A stretch of 64,000 nt of DNA from Granulicella sp. (lineage in GTDB: Bacteria > Acidobacteriota > Terriglobia > Terriglobales > Acidobacteriaceae): NCBI GenBank assembly GCA_027339965.1, contig DAHWNL010000015.1, forward strand, positions 32,001 to 96,000, written 5' to 3'. A program made the translations under genes and the position numbers. Positions 40,481 through 49,414 of the stretch are shown piece by piece (position 1 is the first letter of the stretch; each line of letters begins with the position of its first letter). The notes beneath the pieces are model-generated. The model was not told where the DNA came from. It was given only the letters and a program-made list of their open reading frames with translations, and ran no database searches.

Positions 40481-41139
40481 ACCCGCACCTCCGCAGAACC
40501 CGCCCTGGCTCCCAGTCCGCGCCCTCCGCCGGCGCGCAGCTTCAGCAGCTCCGGCTTCAGCGCAGCCAGTCCTCGATACAGCCGGGACTTCACCGTCGAC
40601 AGTGGCACCCGGGTCAAAGTGGCAATCTCATCCAGCGACATCTCCTCATGGAAGCGCAGCATCAGCACCTCGCGATAGGCCGGCTCCAGGGTCAACAGCA
40701 CGGTGGCCACCTCGAACGCATTCTCGCGGCACGCAAGCTGCTCGAAGGGGCTTGGACCCTCCTGCATCATCTCCAGCGGCCAGGAGTCGCGCTCTTCACT
40801 CTCCTCACGAATCTCATCCAGAGACGCCATGGTGCGCTTCCGCGATAGATCGATCACCAGATTCCGCGCAATGGCGAAGATCCAAGTGTCGAACCTCGCC
40901 TTTCCGTTATACTGCGAGCCGCGTTTCAACACGCGAATCCAGACCTCTTGAAACAGATCTTCGGCCACCTCCCGCCGGCTGGTAAGGAACATCAGATAGC
41001 GCATCAGACGGTGCTGGTAGGTCTCAATCAGGCGGTCCAGCAGCTCGGGATCCTGACGCTTCAACCCGCGAGCGATCGCGGCGCTCTCGCGCTCGATCTG
41101 CCTGGACGCCTCGGTCGTCAGTACGCTGGAGATTCTCAC
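40477..41139 (-). CDS. ECF sigma-70 factor
   Basis: AEDLFQEVW, TWIFAIARNLVID and TVKSRLYRG motifs. Confidence 0.93.
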   Translation of the reverse strand: MRISSVLTTEASRQIERESAAIARGLKRQDPELLDRLIETYQHRLMRYLMFLTSRREVAEDLFQEVWIRVLKRGSQYNGKARFDTWIFAIARNLVIDLSRKRTMASLDEIREESEERDSWPLEMMQEGPSPFEQLACRENAFEVATVLLTLEPAYREVLMLRFHEEMSLDEIATLTRVPLSTVKSRLYRGLAALKPELLKLRAGGGRGLGARAGSAEVRV

Positions 41140-41461
41140 TTTATATTATGGACGTCTTCTGCGGTCAAAAAGTCTACGGAAGAATAAACCTTTATTTTAG
41201 AACAAGCTTCCTTGCGCCAGGCTGCCGGAACAGGCTCCCGGCAGGGCCAGCCAGAGATCCCCTGCGAAGCCGCCCCACAGCGTCTTCCTCCGCTCCCTCC
41301 CCTGCTCCCGGCAGCCTGCCTGCCGACGCGCCAAGCACTGGGGCACATGTTCCCATCCGCAGTTCACGGCTTCGGACCCTGGCCTGCTGAAGAGCCGGGA
41401 CTGAAATGCTGCTAACCTTTAGGAAATGCATAGTAGATGCATGGCCGCGGCAGCAGAGCGC

Positions 41462-41551
41462 GGAGGGATGTGTGAGTGGTTGAAACAGGCGGTCTTGAAA
41501 ACCGCTTAGCCTTAACGGGCTACGGGGGTTCGAATCCCTCTCCCTCCGCCA
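41462..41551 (+). tRNA. tRNA-Ser (TGA)
   Basis: GGAGGGA/TCCCTCC acceptor stem, gcggt-cTTGAAa-accgc anticodon arm, long variable arm, GTTCGAATC, encoded CCA. Confidence 0.97.
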
Positions 41552-41579
41552 CAGTTCGTTCTGGTGGCGATCCTTGAAG

Positions 41580-41617
41580 CCTGATCAGACTCCTGATCAG
41601 GAGCCTGATCAGGAGTC
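41580..41617. repeat. Three cctgatcag units forming a 14-bp inverted repeat downstream of the tRNA
   Basis: gactcctgatcagg-ag-cctgatcaggagtc (41588-41617). Confidence 0.65.
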
Positions 41618-42130
41618 GGCCAGGCCCTGGCGGGTCCGCGCCGAGCACGGATGCTTCCTGATTCGGTCATGGAGACAGATCGTCTCCTCAGTTCGCTCCC
41701 CGGCTCACGCAGCAGCGCACCCACCATCCTAACGGGTGGCGGCTCGATCTCTCGCGCGGAAGCCTTGCCCGAAGCAGCTCTCCGCCCCGGGCTGAAGTCA
41801 AACCAGGCCTGGATTCAGCTGCGGCATAGCGCAGCTAAACGGCAGGCAGAGAGCCAGCCGTCCTCCTGCTCAGCGGGCGGACAAGAAAGCTGCGATCAGA
41901 CTGAAGTCTTCCCGGCTACTCAGGCGGAGACGCCCGCGCCACAGCCGCCGCCTCGTCCCCTCCGCTGCGAAGGCTCCCTGCAGGGAAGTCCCTTCCCTGC
42001 CTCTCCGCACCCGCCCACAATGTGACCCAAAATGGGACAAGGCAGCTTTGGGGAGTTCGCAGATTTTGTGCATTCAGAAAAGATGAATCGGTTCCAGCAA
42101 AACTTGCGAGGGAAGAGTCAAGGGCAACCC

Positions 42131-42214
42131 TATGCAAAGAATTGCATAGTTCTCGACTTTTTCATCTCGCAAGTAATTGATTTAACAATACTAGCGTTTG
42201 GCGCTTCAGGTGCA
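42131..42214 (+). promoter_or_regulatory. Sigma54 promoter with an IHF site and upstream palindrome
   Basis: TGGC-gcttcagg-TGCA (GG-N10-GC) at 42199-42214; CAAGTAATTGATT matches the reverse of IHF WATCAANNNNTTR at 42170-42182; TATGCAA-N4-TTGCATA at 42131-42148. Confidence 0.7.
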
Positions 42215-42357
42215 TATTGTACGGTCACAACGATGTTCTCAACCGTCGTGCTGCACATCCGCACACATGCGCACTCCGGAGGGGAACGTCCTTGAAAAGC
42301 AAGCCGCAACGCAACAAGCACGAGCCGCGAAAGCGGAACGCAATCAGGAGGAAAACG

Positions 42358-42969
42358 ATGAGAACTCTTTCGAAGTTATTGGTACTGGCAGCGGCAGTCA
42401 CGGTCTCGACCTCGCTGGCCTATGCAACCACAATCGGTGCCGGCAGTATCAGCATCGGGCAATATAACGCGGAGTACAACAGCACCAACAACACCGTCAG
42501 CTTCATGTCTGGCGGAACGTCCGGCTATTCGGCCACGGCTAATGACGGTTACGGCAGTCTGATGGGCTACGACGGTGGCTCGGTCACCTTCAATGGCGAT
42601 GGGAGCGGCACCTACACCTTCAACCTCAGCACCACTGGGGCGCTGAGCCAAAGTCCACTGCTGACCATAGCCACTGCCACCTCGACCTTGACCTACGATA
42701 TGACCGGGGTCACTATGATCTCCAACAGCGGTGGAGACATCAGCATCAACACCATGGGAGATTTTTGGGAAACAAGTGGGAGCACGGTCACGGGCGGCCC
42801 GACTGTCGGCTCGCTTGACCTGACGACCCAGGGCACGAACATGCAGCTTACGACCTACTCCGGCACTGCCGCCATCGCACCCGAACCCAGCAGTCTGCTG
42901 CTGTTTGGCACCGGCCTCCTTGGCGCGGCAGGAATTGCACGGCGGAAGTTCGCGGGCAAATTCGTCTAG
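42358..42969 (+). CDS. PEP-CTERM sorting-domain surface protein
   Basis: Signal peptide, Ser/Thr/Gly-rich body, APEPSSLLLFGTGLLG..ARRK tail; AGGAGG SD. Confidence 0.93.
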   Translation: MRTLSKLLVLAAAVTVSTSLAYATTIGAGSISIGQYNAEYNSTNNTVSFMSGGTSGYSATANDGYGSLMGYDGGSVTFNGDGSGTYTFNLSTTGALSQSPLLTIATATSTLTYDMTGVTMISNSGGDISINTMGDFWETSGSTVTGGPTVGSLDLTTQGTNMQLTTYSGTAAIAPEPSSLLLFGTGLLGAAGIARRKFAGKFV

Positions 42970-43155
42970 CTGTTCCGTCTTCCGCGGGTCATGCAGGTAA
43001 GCCTCCAGGGCTCGCCTGCTTGCTCCCTCTCCATGGTTGCGCAAGCGACCGGCTTCATACCCATGGAGACGGTCGCGGCTAGTGCTTTTGCGGCGGTAGT
43101 GTCCATCTTTATGAGCACTTCTGATCTTCCAGGCATTCCAGAATCGGTTGGATGA

Positions 43156-43204
43156 AAACTGCTTCGCTGCAGGCCCCTCTTCGGGGCCTGCAGCGAAGCA
43201 GTTT
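43156..43204. terminator. Perfect 22-bp inverted repeat between convergent genes
   Basis: aaactgcttcgctgcaggcccc-tcttc-ggggcctgcagcgaagcagttt. Confidence 0.6.
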
Positions 43205-43373
43205 CCGTCTAGCAGAAGGCTCTTTGCGGACACTGCCAGGCGATCAACCCACGCAGAGGCGAGTGCGGGGCTGGGAGCTCCCCACTCGCTGTCGCCGGCA
43301 AAGCGAGCCGCAGAGTTCAGAGCGCGTGGTACGCACACCGTCCGTGGCTTGCAACCATCGTCGGCGAGCGGCG

Positions 43374-44435
43374 CTACTCGACCTCAAAGGTCCAGGTGGT
43401 CACGCTCGTGTACTCTTCCCCTGGCTTCAACACCGAGGAAGGAAAGTTGGGATGGTTCGGCGCGTCCGGAAATCTCTGCGTCTCCAGGCACAATCCGCTC
43501 CGCTTCCCAAAACTCACCCCTGACCTGCCCACCAGCGTTCCATCCAGGAAATTGCCTGAGTAAAATTGTATCCCCGGCTCTGTCGTCTGGACCCTGAGCA
43601 CGCGGCCTGAACTTGGCGCAAATAGCTTTGCCGCCTGCCGCAGCTCCCCCACCTTCCCCCGCACCACCCAGTTGTGGTCGTACCCCCGCCCGTTGACGAG
43701 TTGCTCGTTCGGCTCCTCGATCCGGGCTCCAATACGCATCGGCGTGCGAAAGTCAAAGGGCGTGCCTTCCACTGTGGCGATCTCTCCGGTAGGAATCGCC
43801 TCTGCGCCGGCGACCGGCGTATAAGCATCCGCCTCCAGCGTCAGATCATGCCCCAGAACCGTCCCCAAGGCCTCGCCGTCAAGATTGAAGTAGGTGTGGT
43901 TGGTCAGGTTCACCACCGTCGTCTGGTCGCTCCTTGCGAAGCTGGCCATGCGCACCACGTTGTCCTGCAAGGTATAACGCACCCGCACCCGGAGCGCTCC
44001 GGGAAAGCCCTGGTCGCCATCCGGACTGAGCAGGCTAAACTCTACGCCGTCCGGCACGCCGACGGCCTCCCAGTGGCGCTGATCAAAGCCTTCTTTACCC
44101 CCATGCAGCATGTTGGGGCCGTTGTTGATCGTGGTCTGGACCGTTCTTCCCTCCAGCTCGAACCGCCCCTTTGCGATGCGATTGGCGAATCGCCCCACCA
44201 TCGTGCCCAGATACGCATTGCGGCCTTCCACATAAGGCTTAAGCGCATCGTAGCCGAGCGTTACGTCGTCCCACCGGCCTTTTCGATCCGCTGTCTTGAG
44301 CCCCACCACGCGCGCGCCATAAGTGATCAGCCGCAGTTCGACCGCTGCGCTCTTCAGCGTGTAAACATGCACCGGATCGCCACTGGCGAGCGTCCCAAAA
44401 ACCTCGCGCGTCACCTGCGTTCTTTGCTCTACCAT
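43374..44435 (-). CDS. galM: Aldose 1-epimerase
   Basis: GRFANRI, LHGG, NLTNHTYFNL, GYDHN and CLETQ motifs. Confidence 0.93.
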   Translation of the reverse strand: MVEQRTQVTREVFGTLASGDPVHVYTLKSAAVELRLITYGARVVGLKTADRKGRWDDVTLGYDALKPYVEGRNAYLGTMVGRFANRIAKGRFELEGRTVQTTINNGPNMLHGGKEGFDQRHWEAVGVPDGVEFSLLSPDGDQGFPGALRVRVRYTLQDNVVRMASFARSDQTTVVNLTNHTYFNLDGEALGTVLGHDLTLEADAYTPVAGAEAIPTGEIATVEGTPFDFRTPMRIGARIEEPNEQLVNGRGYDHNWVVRGKVGELRQAAKLFAPSSGRVLRVQTTEPGIQFYSGNFLDGTLVGRSGVSFGKRSGLCLETQRFPDAPNHPNFPSSVLKPGEEYTSVTTWTFEVE

Positions 44436-44588
44436 CCTCTCAGCATAACCCGCGGCTTTCGATCAGCGCACGCGCAGAGACGGGCGAGGGCGGGTCCGGT
44501 CTGCCTTGGCCCCGTTCTCGGCAGCTTAGTCGGGCAGCAACAGCATCCACTCGATCCGCCTGGGCGGACCGCGCGGAGGCATCCTGCT

Positions 44589-44861
44589 TCACATCAGACG
44601 TTGGATTGCATCTTGAACGTACAGGCCGAGGATGGCCACGGTCAGCGCTCCAATCACCCACAGCGTACCTACCAGATAGGGTCTGATCTTCTCTAGCTTC
44701 CTCTGGATTTCGCTCTGTTCCCGAGCTTCCAGGCTGGTCGCCTGATCGAGGAAGATCTGGTCTTCCTCATAGCGCGTCAGCGTTCCACGGTACCCCAATA
44801 GAATCAACAAAATAGCGGCTACAACCCCCCACACGATCCACAACACAGGCAAAACGGTCAT
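44589..44861 (-). CDS. Small two-TM hypothetical protein
   Basis: MTVLPVLWIVWG...YEEDQIFLD...TM; GAGGT SD. Confidence 0.65.
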   Translation of the reverse strand: MTVLPVLWIVWGVVAAILLILLGYRGTLTRYEEDQIFLDQATSLEAREQSEIQRKLEKIRPYLVGTLWVIGALTVAILGLYVQDAIQRLM

Positions 44862-45207
44862 GCGACACCTCGATGCATTCGAATTTGAGCCACCCTCCCG
44901 AACCGAACAGGCAAAGTTTCCCGACATGAATAGGCAGGTCAGATGAGGCGGTTCGCCAGCATCATAGTCCTGTTGTGGCCCGGTTGGCTGTACAATTTTC
45001 ACGTTCCCCGCGCTTTGTGGTTCGCCCAGGGACACCGAATCCTGGAGTCGCACCACCTGACTGCCCGGGAGATCCTCTGCTTTCCGGGTCGGCGGGGGAG
45101 ATCCTGCCCTTGTCCTTGGCTCCGAACCGCACAGACCGGCCGCGCTCTTCATCCTCACGCAAGCTCACGCAAGGTGAAGAGGGATGCCTGCAGCCCTCCG
45201 GTCGCGA

Positions 45208-45323
45208 TAAAGCGTTTTCAGTGCAGGTGTAACGCGACGCCTCGACCTCCATGGGCGTTTTCCCCAATGAATACGCCACTGCACGCCCTCTCCGGCGTAC
45301 CCAGCAACACTGAAAATGATGAT
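45208..45323. mobile_element. MITE-like element copy 1 (~116 bp)
   Basis: ~80% identical (by eye) to 63502-63616; terminal IR ttttcagtg...cactgaaaa. Confidence 0.65.
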
Positions 45324-45537
45324 GATCGTCCTCTGAACTTTACGTGACAGGAGACGAACGAGGCTTCGATGCCGTGCCGAGCCTCGTCTGGCAGGGAGGG
45401 TACAGGCTTTGCTGCGCTGTTCCATCTCTGTGCCCTGACCTTGACGAGCGTCTTCCCGGTTAAAGCCCCCCCCCCCCGGCAAGTCGGGCCCGGGCAGCAC
45501 CATACACTCAGGGAAAGCTGTAGCCCCGGCCAGCTCA

Positions 45538-45981
45538 CTACCAGCGCACCGCCAGCAGACGTTCGTCCTCCTCCTCACCCGCCGTGATCTCAATCTCCGC
45601 ATCGGCCTGTTCCATCACGCTGGCGAACCGGTGACCCCACTCCACCATCAGCAACCCATCAGCCGCCTCAGCCAGCTCCCACAGGCCGATGGAGTCCAAC
45701 TGCCGCTCCTCCTCCAGCCGGTAGAGATCCAGGTGGATCAGCCGGGTCTGCTCACCCGCATATTCATGCACCAGGGTGAAGGTCGGGCTGGTCACCTCGC
45801 GGGCATCAGCGCCCATGGCCGCCGCCAGGCCCCGAACCAGGGTTGTTTTGCCCATACCCAGATCACCCCGCAGCACCACCAGCATGGGCGTTCTCAGCAT
45901 GCCCGCCAGCAGATGGCCCAGCGCTATCGTCTCCTGCGCGCTGCGGCTGCGCAGCCGCCTCTCCTGTGTCCATTGCTTCAT
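45538..45981 (-). CDS. tsaE: tRNA threonylcarbamoyladenosine biosynthesis ATPase
   Basis: GDLGMGKT, TSPTF, HLDLYRL and VEWG motifs. Confidence 0.95.
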   Translation of the reverse strand: MKQWTQERRLRSRSAQETIALGHLLAGMLRTPMLVVLRGDLGMGKTTLVRGLAAAMGADAREVTSPTFTLVHEYAGEQTRLIHLDLYRLEEERQLDSIGLWELAEAADGLLMVEWGHRFASVMEQADAEIEITAGEEEDERLLAVRW

Positions 45982-47666
45982 GGACTACTCCGAGCCGTGC
46001 CCACAGGCAGCAGAGCGCCGTCCTCGATAAACGTGTCCTTGAGCGCTGCTCCCGACAGCCAGGTGAAACCATCCGCGTCCACCAGCCGGGCGCGGAAGGC
46101 CTGCCACAGATGGCTTACCGTATCCGTCGCCAGCACGGTGTGCTCCTCCTGCGCCTGGCAGGCGAAGTCTCCGGCGAGACCATGGAGAAAGACCGCTGCT
46201 TCGACTGCTTGCGCCGCGCTCTCTGCGGCGTACTGCCCTAACAGCGCAGCGATCATGCCGGTAAGAACGTCTCCGCTGCCACCTTTGGCCATGGAGGGAT
46301 TTCCCGTGGTATTCACGGCCACGCTGCCATCGGGATGCGCCACCAGCGTTCGCCAGCCCTTGAGCACCAGGGTGACGCCGTGCTCCAGCGCAAACCTCCT
46401 CGCCAGACCCACGCGGTCCGCCTCGACCTCCTTGACCGTCATCCCCGCCAGGCGCGCCATCTCGCCCGGATGGGGGGTCAATACGATGGTGCGCGGCTCA
46501 CCCCTTTCGGCGGCAACCTGCGCCGCCCGCTTCAGCAGCGCCGTCGTCCCGGCGAACGCATTGAGTGCATCCGCATCGATGACCATGGGCAGGGTCACCC
46601 GCTCCACAAATCTTCGCACCCACTCCGCCGTGGAGCCCTCCTGCCCCAAACCTGGCCCAATCCCTACCACCGAGATCCCCCACAGAAAGCTGGACAGGGA
46701 TGGCTGCTCCAAGGTCTCCAGGGCCAGCCCTCCCGAACCTTCCGTCGCTAACGGGGCGAGCATCAACTCGGACGCCACCGAAGCGACGACCGGCACAATC
46801 TCCCGCGGAACCGCCGCGGTCACCAGTCCTGCTCCGGCGCGCAAGGCGGCCAAGCCGGCCATCGACGGAGCGCCCGCCTTGCCAAACGATCCCCCTAGCA
46901 GCAGAACGTGACCCATCCGTCCCTTGTTTGTATCGATTGCTCGCGGCCTCTCCGCGATCGCCTTGGCGCGTCCGCTCCAATGCAGGCCAGCCGACGACTG
47001 GATCGCCTCCGGCGGCGTCCCGATCCCGGCCACCACCACCGGGCCGAAGGTCCTCCCCTCGGTCAGGTGTCCAAACATATGCGCCAGCTTGGGAGCCGCA
47101 AACGTCACGACAGCGTCGGCGCGGAAGGCGCCCGGCGACCGAATCTGCATGGAGTCGGCATCCCAGCCGCTGGGCAGATCGACGGCAACCACTATCACGC
47201 CGTTGCCGGCAAGCATGCGCTGCGCCTCCGCCGCCAGGCCTCGCAGCGGAGGCTTGAATCCGGTTCCCACCACGGCATCGATCACCAGAGCCGCTCCTCG
47301 CAAGGCCTGCTGCAAGGACTGAGCTTCCGTGACTTCCAGAAACTCTAGGTCTTGCTCCTCATCCCGGCGGCGCAGAAAAGACGCCAGCGCGAAAGCCGCT
47401 TCACCCTTGACCTCACCGGCCCTGCCCAGCAGAGCCACGCGCACCCGATGCCCTCTCTCCGCCAGGCGCAGCGCGGCCACGAGGCCGTCGCCGCCGTTGT
47501 TGCCTCTGCCGGCGAGCACCACCACCAGCCCATCGGGGCTCACACGCCGCTCGCAGAAGAGAGCCACAGCGGCACCCGCATGTTGCATCAGGGTCTGCGC
47601 GGATACACCCGCCTCCACCGACCGCCGGTCGGCTTCCCCCATCTCTTCCGCTGTAAGAATCTTCAT
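45978..47666 (-). CDS. nnr: Bifunctional NAD(P)H-hydrate epimerase/dehydratase
   Basis: GRGNNGGDG, DLPSG, GPGLG, DADAL, TPHPGE and GSGDVL motifs. Confidence 0.93.
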   Translation of the reverse strand: MKILTAEEMGEADRRSVEAGVSAQTLMQHAGAAVALFCERRVSPDGLVVVLAGRGNNGGDGLVAALRLAERGHRVRVALLGRAGEVKGEAAFALASFLRRRDEEQDLEFLEVTEAQSLQQALRGAALVIDAVVGTGFKPPLRGLAAEAQRMLAGNGVIVVAVDLPSGWDADSMQIRSPGAFRADAVVTFAAPKLAHMFGHLTEGRTFGPVVVAGIGTPPEAIQSSAGLHWSGRAKAIAERPRAIDTNKGRMGHVLLLGGSFGKAGAPSMAGLAALRAGAGLVTAAVPREIVPVVASVASELMLAPLATEGSGGLALETLEQPSLSSFLWGISVVGIGPGLGQEGSTAEWVRRFVERVTLPMVIDADALNAFAGTTALLKRAAQVAAERGEPRTIVLTPHPGEMARLAGMTVKEVEADRVGLARRFALEHGVTLVLKGWRTLVAHPDGSVAVNTTGNPSMAKGGSGDVLTGMIAALLGQYAAESAAQAVEAAVFLHGLAGDFACQAQEEHTVLATDTVSHLWQAFRARLVDADGFTWLSGAALKDTFIEDGALLPVGTARSSP

Positions 47667-47948
47667 CGCCGCCTGCCTTGGAACCGGGCCACAGTTCCTG
47701 TGCCTTAAGAAGCGAAGAAGCCGCAGGATGGCCATTCCTGGAATGGGGAAAATCTCTTGGAGGACGTGCCGCTGGGCGCAGCGGCTCCGCTTCCGCCTCA
47801 TCCCCCTTATAGCGCAGGTTCCGCGGCATCGTCGAGAAGCCTCTCCGTGCGCGCCGGAAGCCAGCCAGGAGGAGGCCCAGCGCTCGTCGTCTCGCCTGAC
47901 TACACTTCCAAGCGTCCTCATCCCGAAAGAGTCTTCCGGCGTAGGGCG

Positions 47949-49148
47949 CTATCGCCGCGCATCGGCCACCGTCTCCGTACTCGTCTGTGGAAACACGTTG
48001 TGTTCATACAGCGCGCGGTAAAAGACTCCCGTCATCTCCGCCGCCTTGGGTCCGGAGAGAAGTCCGCCGCCTTTGAGAAAGATCACCGTCACCACTGGAC
48101 CGGAGGGCGCTTGGCCATAGCTCACAAACCAGCCAAATCGCATTCCATCATCCGAACAGGTACCCGTCTTGCCAAACACCGGGAACTGTACAAAGCTCTT
48201 GCGCAGCGACCGTGCGGTGCCGTGGGTGAAGTCCACGGCTCCGGCCATGCCCGGCAGGATCTGCGGGATCACCTTCTGGATATCCAGCACCCGCTTCACC
48301 TTGGGCTGAAAGTTCTCCACTTCCTGCCGAGAGGCCGGATGCTGCAGGTAGTAAAGCGTTCCGCCATTGGCGATCGCGCTTACCAGAGCTCCCAGTTGCA
48401 ACGGTGTCATGGAGATGCTCTCGCCAAAAGAACACATTCTGCCCACGCCACCATCCACCGCCGGCAGAGCCACGTCGGGATACACCCCCAGATGCTCTCC
48501 CGGGATGTTGTACCCGGCCAGCTCGCCCAGGCCAAATTCGTTGGCATAATGCTTGACGCGTTCAAACCCCATGGTGCGGCCCAACACTTCAAAGTAAAGA
48601 TTGATCGAGCGCGCCAGGGCGTGAGTCAGGTCCACGGAGTAGTTCCCACCCAGATTGACCGGCGTATCCGCCTCGACCAGGCCCTCTTTCAGCGCCGCCA
48701 GCGCCACCGCCAGCTTGATGGTCGAACAGGGCTCCGCGCCGGCGCTCAAGGCCAGCTTCTGGTTGACCATCGTCAGAATCCGCCCATTCATCGGATTGAT
48801 GGCCACCACGGTCCCATTCATGCCGTCCAGAGCCTGAATCGCCGCCGCCCGCGCCACCGGATCCTCCCCGGCGGTCACGTCTCCCGCGGTGAGAGTCTGA
48901 ATGTCGGCAAAGTTGCTGCCAATAAAACGCTGGGCGTAGAGATGCGTCGGATGGCGCCGCCGGTAGCGCACGCGCGCCAACTCGGTCTGACGGCCGGCTG
49001 CGGAGCCGCGCAGCGCTCGCCGATGCACGGTCGCCGCAGAGCCGTGCCGGTGCTTGTGCCGCACCGTGGAAGTCCTCGCCTGGGCTCCCCAGCAGCAGAC
49101 CAGCCACAGCAGCAATACCGGCAACCGTTTTGCGATCCGTTCCATCAA
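47949..49148 (-). CDS. Penicillin-binding transpeptidase-domain protein
   Basis: SxxK (STIK), SxN (SIN) and KTG motifs; signal peptide. Confidence 0.85.
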   Translation of the reverse strand: MMERIAKRLPVLLLWLVCCWGAQARTSTVRHKHRHGSAATVHRRALRGSAAGRQTELARVRYRRRHPTHLYAQRFIGSNFADIQTLTAGDVTAGEDPVARAAAIQALDGMNGTVVAINPMNGRILTMVNQKLALSAGAEPCSTIKLAVALAALKEGLVEADTPVNLGGNYSVDLTHALARSINLYFEVLGRTMGFERVKHYANEFGLGELAGYNIPGEHLGVYPDVALPAVDGGVGRMCSFGESISMTPLQLGALVSAIANGGTLYYLQHPASRQEVENFQPKVKRVLDIQKVIPQILPGMAGAVDFTHGTARSLRKSFVQFPVFGKTGTCSDDGMRFGWFVSYGQAPSGPVVTVIFLKGGGLLSGPKAAEMTGVFYRALYEHNVFPQTSTETVADARR

Positions 49149-49414
49149 CTCTCTGTCTCAGTGGCTTGCTTGGTTCAAGGTTCTTTGCCAATGCTGTTCC
49201 GGTGGCATGCCTCCGGTTCCAGATCAGCTTCCGCCCAGGCGGCACGATCCGCAATCAGCAGCCCAACCGGCGCCGGCAGGCCAACCATGATCTTCGCCAC
49301 TCAACCTTGCCGTTCAACTTCCACCCCTTTTCAGGGGTCACGCATGGCCACCGAGCTTGCCGGAGAGAAGCGCCCTGGAGTGAGTCCGAGCCGTGCCGGG
49401 CTCCGGGCTCCGGG

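Noticed and set aside
41651..42025. 124-aa ORF after the tRNA
   Set aside because: Low-complexity, no SD or motif; probably non-coding
42315..42350. c-di-GMP-I riboswitch (ccgc-GAAA-gcgg then acgcaa)
   Set aside because: Only a GNRA hairpin; there is no room for a P2 stem before the SD
41462..43373. Integrative element at tRNA-Ser
   Set aside because: No integrase and no duplicated tRNA 3' end seen in the window
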